Source: Candidatus Altimarinota bacterium | Lineage (GTDB): Bacteria > Patescibacteriota > Gracilibacteria > JAUYGZ01 | Assembly (NCBI GenBank): GCA_029233985.1 | Contig: JARGOK010000001.1 | Location: 409,096 to 433,095 of the forward strand | Direction of reading: 5' to 3' | DNA length: 24,000 bases | Part shown: in pieces, positions 8,932-17,043 of the stretch | Numbering within the stretch: the stretch's first letter is position 1 | Layout of the letters: each line of letters starts with the position of its first letter | Made by a program: the position numbers and the translations under genes | Notes under the pieces: model-generated | Told to the model about the DNA's origin: nothing | What the model saw: the letters and a program-made list of their open reading frames with translations, nothing else | Databases searched by the model: none

Positions 8932-9440
8932 AAGTAAGGGTGAGGAAACGCACATTGAAAACACCGGAGAAGTAAAAGGTAAAAGAAGAACGTTCCCTCG
9001 CTACGGCGGGGCCAATGTTTCGCCTTATCCACAAATAATAAATAAGGACATGTGAACTGAGCTCGTGGGCTCATTCCTACTCCTTTCTCCGCTTGTCGGA
9101 AATATCTGCTCCTGGAGTTGCAGATTGTATCACTCAGTGCCGGCGCGGCACTTGGAATGTCGTTCTTCTTTTACCCTTTGCTTTTCGTATCCAAGTCCTT
9201 CTGACCAAGGTCTTGGGGCAGCCTCCAATACAAGCTCTGACTCGATCAGAGCAGGCTCGCTTCACTCTTCAGTGCTTCGGCAAGGAATTGAGAAGGAGTA
9301 ACGGTCCGGTAAGACATTAACTACCCCGTAAAGGCAAAGAATCGCTGGTCACGAAAACCAAAACAAAAGTCCGTCAAACCAAAATAAAATGGTGTGAATA
9401 GGACGATATTAATTACCCCGAGCTTGCTCGGGGTTTTTTT
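8932..9440 (+). ncRNA. Large structured non-coding RNA, family not identified (5' end approximate)
   Basis: Promoter-to-terminator unit without a credible ORF. Contains a 26-position helix between 8967-8992 and 9161-9186 (25 pairs, 1 mismatch). Local hairpins: 9136-9152 (AGTGCCG/CGGCACT), 9191-9216 (CCAAGTCCTT/AAGGTCTTGG, one mismatch), 9234-9252 (GCTCTGA/TCAGAGC) and a bulged ACGG..GGTA/TACC-CCGT stem near 9301-9329. Confidence 0.72.
9416..9440 (+). terminator. Rho-independent terminator of the ncRNA
   Basis: CCCCGAG-CTTG-CTCGGGG stem followed by TTTTTTT. Confidence 0.9.
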
Positions 9441-9571
9441 ATGGGTCCCCTCACGACCCCTAACCCCTTACAAGGGGAAAAACATACACCAAAACGCATA
9501 AAACCTAAAACCTCAGTTACATGAGTATTTTTCATTGAAAAAAAGGGCGGCATGCATGAGAATTGACTCAC

Positions 9572-9646
9572 GTCCCCATAGTTCAATGGATAGAATAACT
9601 CCCTCCTAAGGAGTAGATGTAGGTTCGACTCCTGCTGGGGACACCA
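9572..9646 (+). tRNA. tRNA-Arg (anticodon CCU), CCA encoded
   Basis: Cloverleaf: acceptor GTCCCCA/TGGGGAC, D-arm GTTC..GAAT, anticodon arm ACTCC-CTCCTAA-GGAGT, T-arm GTAGG-TTCGACT-CCTGC, discriminator A, then CCA. Confidence 0.93.
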
Positions 9647-9707
9647 ATTTACTATTTACTGCTATGAAAATTTCTAAAATCGACTCTTATTGAGGAATTA
9701 CAGATGG

Positions 9708-9988
9708 ATGAAGGAAAAAAATCATATTATTGCTTTTTCGTATACTATTCATGGTTTACTCACGAAGATTTCCGAATACTACACACTTTCATCGCTCAGA
9801 TTTTATGAGAAATCATTAGAAAGATATTTGGAATTTTTACTAATGGAAATGTATGTATAAAGATCTTAAGAATTTTAAATAGACATCTTTCTGAATTTAT
9901 AGAAGACGAGGAGATAAAAATTAAACATGAAAAAATAAGAAAGGAATATGAAAAGTGGACAATTGAATTCACAAAAAACGTAACTTAA
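9708..9988 (+). pseudogene. Possible frameshifted small gene
   Basis: Frame 1 at 9708-9860: MKEKNHIIAFSYTIHGLLTKISEYYTLSSLRFYEKSLERYLEFLLMEMYV*. Continues in another frame as ..CIKILRILNRHLSEFIEDEEIKIKHEKIRKEYEKWTIEFTKNVT* ending at 9988. A GGA-containing purine stretch lies upstream of the start. No family recognized. Confidence 0.25.
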
Positions 9989-10234
9989 TTGTCATTCACC
10001 CAGTTGAAGACAGTATTAAAGATAGTGATAAATTTTTTTCCTAATAGGATTATTGAACTATCGGGATGAGGAACTACTGGCTTTGAATTCGTTACCTACA
10101 GCCTCCTTTTCACAGGCAACATAAAACTAATCACATTAATCCTCAAAATGAACTGGATAAGTTAGCAGCCTATATAGATGAAATTGCCGACTGCTACGAT
10201 CAAATCTTTATTGATCATGGCTTCATAAACTCTC

Positions 10235-10750
10235 TTAAAACTGATTTGCCTCAGCTAATTCCTTCTCGTATTTCCCAATAACCGCTTCGTCGAGGTAATC
10301 GACGAAGAGCTTTCCGTCTAAATGGTCTATTTCGTGCTGAATGATGCGAGCATTCAGCTCTGAGAGCTCGAGGTGTTGCTCGTTTCCTTTTTCATCGAGG
10401 AACCTTACCAGGATGTTTTTGTAGCGCTTTACTGGGGCGTAAACCTCAGGAAGACTTAGGCATCCTTCTTCTCCCATGACTTCCTCATCGGAATGTTTGA
10501 TGATTTCAGGGTTTATAAGAGCCATGACGACATTTTTTTCTCCCACTTTTTCTCCATACTGAAAATTAGCTATAAGGATACGATCTCCTACTCCTACTTG
10601 AGGTGCCGCGAGACCCAGACCATGAGCATTTACCATGGTTTGCTTCATGTTTTTGATGAGCTTGAGGTGCTGCTTTGTCACTTTTTTTACGCTTTTAGCA
10701 ACTTCTCTGAGCACATCATTCTCGGTACCGGTATAAATTGGGAGAACCAT
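10235..10750 (-). CDS. def: Peptide deformylase
   Basis: 171 aa with all three motifs: GLGLAAPQVG, EEGCLSLP, QHEIDHLDG. Confidence 0.97.
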   Translation of the reverse strand: MVLPIYTGTENDVLREVAKSVKKVTKQHLKLIKNMKQTMVNAHGLGLAAPQVGVGDRILIANFQYGEKVGEKNVVMALINPEIIKHSDEEVMGEEGCLSLPEVYAPVKRYKNILVRFLDEKGNEQHLELSELNARIIQHEIDHLDGKLFVDYLDEAVIGKYEKELAEANQF

Positions 10751-10847
10751 TGTTTTGAACTAATTCCTGGGTATTTTAGCGTTTTTTGAGGTATAATACT
10801 AGCTGAAGCTAATGAAACATTAGAAAGGAACCATCCATTAAAATCTA

Positions 10848-10910
10848 GGTGAAAATTGAAATTCTCACCGATGGAACAACAATCGATCAGAATTTCGATA
10901 CTGACCTACG
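10848..10910 (-). repeat. Paired-hairpin intergenic repeat, copy B
   Basis: Plus strand GGTGAAAATTGAAATTCTCACC ... GATCAGAATTTCGATACTGACCTACG, in the def/ybeY divergent spacer. Confidence 0.85.
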
Positions 10911-10928
10911 TATTACACACTATTTCTC

Positions 10929-11414
10929 ATGAAGCTTACTCTAATTGACGACATTAACTTTGGCAGTGATCTCGACCAGGACTTCCATACCCTGACCAGG
11001 CTTGTTGATGAACAACTAGGAACACTTCCTGGACAATTAAACCTTATCCTCTGTGGCGATGAAAAGATTCAAGAGCTGAATAAGGCCTATCGAAAAAAAG
11101 ACAAAGTGACAGACGTGCTCACCTTCCCCTACTTCGAAGGTGAAACTCAAGCGGATGAGCTCTTGGGTGAGATCTACATAGATGTTGATCAGGCTAGGAG
11201 GCAAGCTGGAGCGGTGACTGACGACAAGGAGACCTGGTATCACGAGTGGATGTTTGATGATCACAAGAGTTGGACAGTGAGTTTTGAAATGTATAAATTA
11301 TGTAGTCATGGCTTACTGCACCTAAGGGGCTATGACCACATCGAAGATGATGATTTCCGAGTAATGAAATTACTCGAAGACAAAATCATGAAAAGCCTTA
11401 TGGCAAGCCATTAA
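10929..11414 (+). CDS. ybeY: Endoribonuclease / rRNA maturation factor YbeY
   Basis: 161 aa; TDVLTFPY, GEIYID and zinc motif HGLLHLRGYDH. Confidence 0.93.
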   Translation: MKLTLIDDINFGSDLDQDFHTLTRLVDEQLGTLPGQLNLILCGDEKIQELNKAYRKKDKVTDVLTFPYFEGETQADELLGEIYIDVDQARRQAGAVTDDKETWYHEWMFDDHKSWTVSFEMYKLCSHGLLHLRGYDHIEDDDFRVMKLLEDKIMKSLMASH

Positions 11415-11604
11415 AACTGAGTACATTTTGAGTACTTATGCACTATTTGAAAAGAAAAAGAGAGAAAATAGAAGCTGAGGTTTGCAAAGATTTTATCCAT
11501 TAACTATACTCGTTCTGTTAACGTGATTTTTCGCGGATGACCTCCAGAAAAGTCTCTTTTTTCCGTCCCCCTACTTCCTTTTACTCTCTAAACGTTTTTG
11601 AACC

Positions 11605-12834
11605 GTGGCTAAAGACCAACTCATTGCAGGTATCGATATTGGTGGTTCGAAAGTTCGAACAGTAATTGCTGAAGTAGAAGCAGAAACAAGTGCTCTCAAT
11701 GTGATTGGAGTAGGTATTGAAGAATCACATGGGATTAGAAAAGGAAATATCGTGGATATCAATGAAACCATTAAGTCGATCTCTCGCTCATTAGAGTCTG
11801 CAGAACGCATGGCTGGTGAATCAGTTGATACAGCATTCGTTAGTGTCTCTGGACATCACCTCAAAGCGATCCCATCTCGTGGAGTCGTAGCTATTAGTGG
11901 ACAAGAGATCCAACAAGAAGATATCAAACGCGTTTTGGAAGCTGCTCAGACACTTCCCCTTCCAATGAACCGAATTATCATTCGAGTTATTCCTCGGTCA
12001 TTTACTATTGATAATCAAACGAATGTAAAGCAACCCATTGGGATGTCTGGTATTCGATTGGAAGTCGATGCTGAGATTATCACTGGGATTGGTCCCTACC
12101 TCAAAAACATTGAAAAAAGCACTCACCAAGTGGGAATTGATATTGAAGACTGCATCCCTTCTCCACTCGCATCTGCTGATGCCGTCCTTTCAAAAAGACA
12201 ACGAGAACTCGGAGTGGTCAGTATAGATGTCGGACTTTCTTCTACAAGTATTGCTGTCTACGAAGAAGGAACACTCTTGCACACTGTTGTGATCCCAGTA
12301 GGAGGTGAAAATGTGACCAATGATATTGCTATTGGACTGCGAACAAGTATTGATGTGGCTGAAAAACTCAAGATTGAATATGGATCGTGTAATCCAAACG
12401 AAGTCAGTGATCATGAAGAAATCAATCTTTCACTGATTTCCAAACTTGATAACCACAAAATTTCAAAGAAACAATTGATCGAAATTATCGAAGCTCGATA
12501 CCATGAAATCTTTAGCCTTGTACGAGAAGAACTTGGGAAAATTGACCGTGATGGAAAACTCCCTTCAGGAGCTATTTTGACAGGATCTTCTATCAAGATC
12601 GCTGGATGTATGGACTTGGCAAGGAATGTCCTTGGACTCCCCGTTCAGATTGGATTCCCACAAGACGTGGATGGAATTGTAGACCGAATAGATGACCCTT
12701 CTTTTGCTACGATGCTCGGCCTGATAACAATGGGAGTGAAAGCTGAACGACGACGATCTTTTTCTCTCAAATCACTCAACCTCGGTGATACCTTTAAAAA
12801 TGTTGGGAACTTCTTTAAACGACTTGTTCCATAA
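11605..12834 (+). CDS. ftsA: Cell division protein FtsA (GTG start)
   Basis: 409 aa actin-like fold ([35 protein letters not shown]), C-terminal amphipathic helix [10 protein letters not shown]; directly upstream of ftsZ. Confidence 0.95.
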   Translation: MAKDQLIAGIDIGGSKVRTVIAEVEAETSALNVIGVGIEESHGIRKGNIVDINETIKSISRSLESAERMAGESVDTAFVSVSGHHLKAIPSRGVVAISGQEIQQEDIKRVLEAAQTLPLPMNRIIIRVIPRSFTIDNQTNVKQPIGMSGIRLEVDAEIITGIGPYLKNIEKSTHQVGIDIEDCIPSPLASADAVLSKRQRELGVVSIDVGLSSTSIAVYEEGTLLHTVVIPVGGENVTNDIAIGLRTSIDVAEKLKIEYGSCNPNEVSDHEEINLSLISKLDNHKISKKQLIEIIEARYHEIFSLVREELGKIDRDGKLPSGAILTGSSIKIAGCMDLARNVLGLPVQIGFPQDVDGIVDRIDDPSFATMLGLITMGVKAERRRSFSLKSLNLGDTFKNVGNFFKRLVP

Positions 12835-12881
12835 ACCAACATCCTTTCTTACTTACCACTAATTTTTTATCTCAAAGTCTC

Positions 12882-14096
12882 ATGTCTGACCAACTCAAGA
12901 AAATTTTCTCAGCGAAAAAACCAATGTCACGAATTCCTTCACCACAAGCAAGTGTTGATGCTATCCCTGACATCTCCCCTATGGCAAAAATAAAAGTTGT
13001 CGGTGTTGGAGGTGGAGGTGGAAATGCTCTAAACCGAATGATTGATAGTGACCTTGAAAATGTAGAATTTATTGCGATCAACACTGACGCTCAAGCTCTC
13101 TACTACAACAATGCCCCTCACAAAATCAATATTGGAAAAGCGGTCACGAAAGGACTGGGAGCAGGATCAAATCCAGAAGTTGGAAAACGAGCTGCTGAAG
13201 AGTCTTCAGAAGAAATCCGTGCTGCCCTCGAAGGTTGTGACATGGTTTTTGTTACTGCTGGAATGGGAGGAGGTACAGGATCTGGAGCTGCACCAGTAGT
13301 TGCCGAGATTGCAAAAGAAATGGGAGCTCTTACTGTAGCTATTGTAACCAAACCGTTTACTTTTGAAGGGAAAATGCGGATGAAACATGCTCAACAGTCT
13401 CTCGAAGTATTGCGAGAACGTGTGGATACGCTCATTGTTATTCCAAATGACAAGATCTTAAATATTATCGACAAAAAAACTCCTCTTACGGATGCATTTA
13501 GCATCGTAGATGATGTTCTCCGACAAGGGATCCAAGGTATTTCCGATCTCATCACAGTAGGAGGTCTTATCAATGTAGATTTCGCTGATGTGAAGACTAT
13601 AATGGAAAGCGCTGGTTCTGCCTTGATGGGGATTGGATTTGGAGCAGGAGAAAACCGAGCTGTAGAAGCTGCTCGTGCTGCTATCGACTCACCTCTCTTG
13701 GAGCTGTCTATAGATGGAGCCAAAGGAATCATCTTGAATATTACTGGTGGAAATGATCTCAGCATGTTTGAGATCGATGAAGCTGCACGTGTCGTTACTG
13801 AATATACTTCGGAAGATTCACATGTGATTTTTGGAGCAGTCGTGAATGATGCCTATACTGGTGAACTAAAGGTAACAGTAATCGCGACTGGTTTTGACGA
13901 GCAAGAGCAGGTCAAAAAAATGGAAGAAGACCGCAAGAAAACAATTACTGCTGGATTTGGGATGCGAGGCGCGATGAAAAAACCAATGGGAATAAAAAGT
14001 GGAACTCCTCAGCGTGGCAACCAACCCGCCAACCGTCCATTGACTCGTGAAGAAGAATTGGAGATCCCTGCCTTTATTCGAAAGAAAGTGAAGTAG
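12882..14096 (+). CDS. ftsZ: Cell division protein FtsZ
   Basis: 404 aa; [14 protein letters not shown], tubulin signature [14 protein letters not shown]-terminal peptide EIPAFIRKK. Confidence 0.98.
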   Translation: MSDQLKKIFSAKKPMSRIPSPQASVDAIPDISPMAKIKVVGVGGGGGNALNRMIDSDLENVEFIAINTDAQALYYNNAPHKINIGKAVTKGLGAGSNPEVGKRAAEESSEEIRAALEGCDMVFVTAGMGGGTGSGAAPVVAEIAKEMGALTVAIVTKPFTFEGKMRMKHAQQSLEVLRERVDTLIVIPNDKILNIIDKKTPLTDAFSIVDDVLRQGIQGISDLITVGGLINVDFADVKTIMESAGSALMGIGFGAGENRAVEAARAAIDSPLLELSIDGAKGIILNITGGNDLSMFEIDEAARVVTEYTSEDSHVIFGAVVNDAYTGELKVTVIATGFDEQEQVKKMEEDRKKTITAGFGMRGAMKKPMGIKSGTPQRGNQPANRPLTREEELEIPAFIRKKVK

Positions 14097-14118
14097 GCCT
14101 ATGCAAATATGATATTGA

Positions 14119-14151
14119 AGAGCTTCAGGATAATCCTGAAGCTCTTTTTTT
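14119..14151 (+). terminator. Rho-independent terminator of the ftsA-ftsZ unit
   Basis: 12-bp perfect stem AGAGCTTCAGGA-TAA-TCCTGAAGCTCT followed by a T tract. Confidence 0.92.
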
Positions 14152-14409
14152 ATAGACCGGCAGTTGTATGCGAATCTACTAATATATGAATACATATAGG
14201 CACGCTCTCCTCCCTTTTGTCATTCTAAGAAACCGATGAATCTTGAGGATGAACCATGAACTATGACTAAGAGGGGTACAAGCATGATTTTAAAATGGAC
14301 TATGAAAAGAATCTGTCAGGAAAGATACTTTGTACCTCACAATTACGCCAAGGCTTGGATGCGCAAGCTGCATGACAGGACTCTTTTATATGACTCCATT
14401 CCTCGGAAC

Positions 14410-16629
14410 CTACTTCACCACTTGCACCAAATCACTTCCATAACTCTTCTCTTGGAACCTCCGGTCGATAATATGAAGCGTTTTCTCGGTGTCTCGCTTG
14501 GTAAAGTTATTGACGATCTCGAGCATATTGTTGATCGTGCTTGGCATGACATAATCCACGAATGCGTTGTTGTATTGTTCTGACCGAGCTACATTTACCG
14601 GATTTCCTGGAGGGTCGAAAGGTACGCATTGGATTACCATATTATCGAAGTCACAAAACTCGTCACCGAAGGCTCGCATGTTTCGGTAGGTGAGGAAGAT
14701 TACTTTATTGTCATTTTCAGATCCAGAAAAACGATCCTTGAGCTTTCCTGTCCCACCACTAATGTCTTCAGCAAAAGCGTCCATGTTTTCACTGATAACC
14801 AGATAGAGGTCAAAGAAGTAACGTTTGAGCATGCTTTTAGAAGAAAAAATGACTCCCGTTTTTCCTTTGAGCTGTGGTAAGAGAGCTGCAAGATAACTGA
14901 TTAAGCCTTGATGCATTTCGTCTCGACCAGACCCTCCGAGTTCACTAATTGGAGGGAGATTGATGGCTATATCTGGCTCGTGCTCAATTGAGATTTTTTC
15001 TGTGTTCTCAGGCAACCAAGAAAAGTGATCTCGAGTGGTGCTAACAAATGTCGTCTTTGTTTGGCTAAAGAGATGTTTATTGAGGAGTACATCTACACTG
15101 AGAGGTGCAGAAGTAATACTGGTACCTCGACGAGGATCAACGCTCAGCCAACGCACCCAACTCGGGTCGGTATTCAGAAAGAAGACCTGGAAGTATTTGA
15201 GATAAGAGCTGACACTATCGTTTTCGGAATGTTTCTCGAGGAGCTCTTGAACTGTTTTTGCCAATGACTGAAACTCATTACTAGAAATAATATTTGGCGT
15301 GAGCCCCACGTGTTCTGTGTACTGAGAAGAAGGAACGAGAACTTTTCCGAGCTGGTCTAGGGTGCTAAAGAATGATTCCCCAGCGTTGTTCCAGTCTTCC
15401 GTATCCATCATATTCTTCCACTGATCTAGAAAGAGCGCTTTCCCAAAACAGCGGGTAGCGTTTTGTTCGATCAACTGAGGCTCGAGGACGACGAGGTGAT
15501 CAAAGTTTTGGATGAGTTCGAGATCATTGAGCAAATTGAAATGATTTGTAATGACTTGCTGACTCTCGAGTGTCTGCTTTAGCAGCTTGCTGTATCCTGA
15601 ATCTTCTTTGCCACGATCTTCATCATCTGCATGAATTCGAGACCAGATTTGCCGCTCTGGATGTGTCAGTCGGAGTTGCTCTTGAGTATTGAATTCTGGA
15701 TAGAGAATGGTTTTGAGAAGAAACATGCTCTCGGCTGTATCGTATTTTTCTTTTTTCTTGAGGACTTCGAGTTTTTCTTCACTGATACAAGAGTAAGGAG
15801 AATGAAGCACCGTTGCTTCAGGCAATAATGATTGCAAGTGCTCGGTTGCATGACCATAACCGGCAATATAAAGTGTCTTTTTATCTGCAGGAAGCATTGC
15901 AGCTATCTGTGGAGCATTTTTTCGTGGTGCGTGTATCAAACTAGAAGGAGCTGATGAACTCAGGTCTTGGTCAGGTTTTGATCCTATGGTTTCTTCAATC
16001 ACATTGCTCTCTGATATTTTGTGGCGATTCGTTGGATGCTCTTGCATGAAGTAGTCGAGCAGTGGCCATTCAGATTTTTTTGTCAGCTCAGTGAGAGCAG
16101 CTCTTTGTTCATCAGATAATTTGGGAAAAGTGTCAGTGAGAATTTCCCAGAGGTAATAGCAGGCCATGACATCAGCCATAGCTCGATGACTGTCTTCGTG
16201 TCCAATATTAAAATACTTGGTATTGGTTTCGAGACTGTGTGATGGTAACTCGGGGTAGAGGATATTTGAGAGCAAATATGTATCCCAAAGTTCATTATTG
16301 TCGAGCTCTATCCCCTTTTCAACTAAGAAATTCCAATCGAACCAGATATTGTGTCCCATAAGAGGGTCGTCTCCGATAAATTCTTTTACCTTTTCCTTCA
16401 AGTCTTTGAAGTCTGGTGCTTCTTCAATATCTTTTGCTGATATACCCGTCAGGTATGAAACATGATTTGAAATTGGAAGTGGGGTAAAGACAAAACTTTC
16501 AAATCGGTCGATTATTTCTCCGTCTCGTACCTTTACCATAGCGATTTCGATAATGTCGCAGGTTTGAGGTTCGAGTCCTGTTGTTTCGAGATCAAGGGAA
16601 ATGTAATTTGAGTAGTTTTTGTCGCTCAT
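14410..16629 (-). CDS. DnaQ-like DEDDh 3'-5' exonuclease fused to a degenerate DinG/XPD-like helicase domain
   Basis: N-term exonuclease motifs SLDLETTGLE, GHNIWFDWNFL, HRAMADVMA. C-term retains DinG-like framework (ITNHFNLLNDLEL, PFDPPGNPVNVARSEQY, LHIIDRRFQEKSYG) but no Walker A, DEAH box or QGxGRxIR motif. Confidence 0.82.
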   Translation of the reverse strand: MSDKNYSNYISLDLETTGLEPQTCDIIEIAMVKVRDGEIIDRFESFVFTPLPISNHVSYLTGISAKDIEEAPDFKDLKEKVKEFIGDDPLMGHNIWFDWNFLVEKGIELDNNELWDTYLLSNILYPELPSHSLETNTKYFNIGHEDSHRAMADVMACYYLWEILTDTFPKLSDEQRAALTELTKKSEWPLLDYFMQEHPTNRHKISESNVIEETIGSKPDQDLSSSAPSSLIHAPRKNAPQIAAMLPADKKTLYIAGYGHATEHLQSLLPEATVLHSPYSCISEEKLEVLKKKEKYDTAESMFLLKTILYPEFNTQEQLRLTHPERQIWSRIHADDEDRGKEDSGYSKLLKQTLESQQVITNHFNLLNDLELIQNFDHLVVLEPQLIEQNATRCFGKALFLDQWKNMMDTEDWNNAGESFFSTLDQLGKVLVPSSQYTEHVGLTPNIISSNEFQSLAKTVQELLEKHSENDSVSSYLKYFQVFFLNTDPSWVRWLSVDPRRGTSITSAPLSVDVLLNKHLFSQTKTTFVSTTRDHFSWLPENTEKISIEHEPDIAINLPPISELGGSGRDEMHQGLISYLAALLPQLKGKTGVIFSSKSMLKRYFFDLYLVISENMDAFAEDISGGTGKLKDRFSGSENDNKVIFLTYRNMRAFGDEFCDFDNMVIQCVPFDPPGNPVNVARSEQYNNAFVDYVMPSTINNMLEIVNNFTKRDTEKTLHIIDRRFQEKSYGSDLVQVVK

Positions 16630-16714
16630 GAGAAAGGTTAAATGCCTAGCAAAGATATCAGGTATTGAAGGAACTTGAAACGAATTCTACAGGGTATTGT
16701 TATTAAGGATTGCT

Positions 16715-16779
16715 GGCTCCATGTCGCCGTACTGGAGCCAAAGGGGTATTGGGATCTCGTACGAAGGCATGCGATATGG
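16715..16779. repeat. Composite 25-nt hairpin repeat, copy Y
   Basis: Minus-strand GGCTCCAGTACGGCGACATGGAGCC (16715-16739), followed on the plus strand by GGTATTGGGATCTCGTACGAAGGCATGCGAT, a diverged match to the second half of copy X (GGTGTTGGGCTCCAGTGCTAAGACGTGGAG). Confidence 0.7.
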
Positions 16780-16795
16780 TCCAACAATAGTCATA

Positions 16796-16857
16796 GGTGA
16801 GAATCGAAATTCCCACCGTTGCCGTGCAACCGATCAGAAATTCGATTCTGATCTACG
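16796..16857 (-). repeat. Paired-hairpin intergenic repeat, copy C
   Basis: Plus strand GGTGAGAATCGAAATTCCCACC (16796-16817) ... GATCAGAAATTCGATTCTGATC (16832-16853) then TACG. Confidence 0.85.
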
Positions 16858-17043
16858 GAAACATATCATTCATTGAGGCATAGAATACAGAACAATAGAG
16901 TTTATGACATTCACCTTGTTCTGCTTTCTCTTTTGATCGACTAGAACATCTAAATGCTCCTTTTTCACGACATTTTTTCTTCTTTATTTCTCTTGTTAGC
17001 CTTTTTGAATTACACTAAAGGAGCTTATTTGAATTCTCTATAG

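Noticed and set aside
9065-9320. Overlapping plus-strand ORFs of 79 and 75 aa inside the structured region
   Set aside because: Two mutually overlapping frames with biased, low-plausibility composition (MGSFLLLSPLVGN.., MSEISAPGVADCI..), coincident with hairpins; better explained by ncRNA.
8932-9440. Assignment of the ncRNA as RNase P, tmRNA or SRP RNA
   Set aside because: The start GGTGAGGAAACGCAC only superficially resembles the RNase P GAGGAAAGTCC core, no matching 3' CR-V segment was seen, no tRNA-like 3' end for tmRNA, and no SRP apical GGAA/GCAGC domain. A covariance search is still needed.
9708-9988. TGA recoding (code 25 style) joining MDEGKK..AQIL-TGA-EIIRKIFG.. in one frame
   Set aside because: recQ and other features behave normally with TGA as stop, and the 9708 frame is a more natural start for the same region; a single in-frame TGA in an orphan ORF is insufficient evidence.
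13391-13765. 124-aa minus-strand ORF
   Set aside because: Antisense to ftsZ.
14263-14583. 106-aa plus-strand ORF downstream of ftsZ
   Set aside because: Half of it is antisense to the DinG-like gene and the protein shows no recognizable family; spacer origin is more likely.
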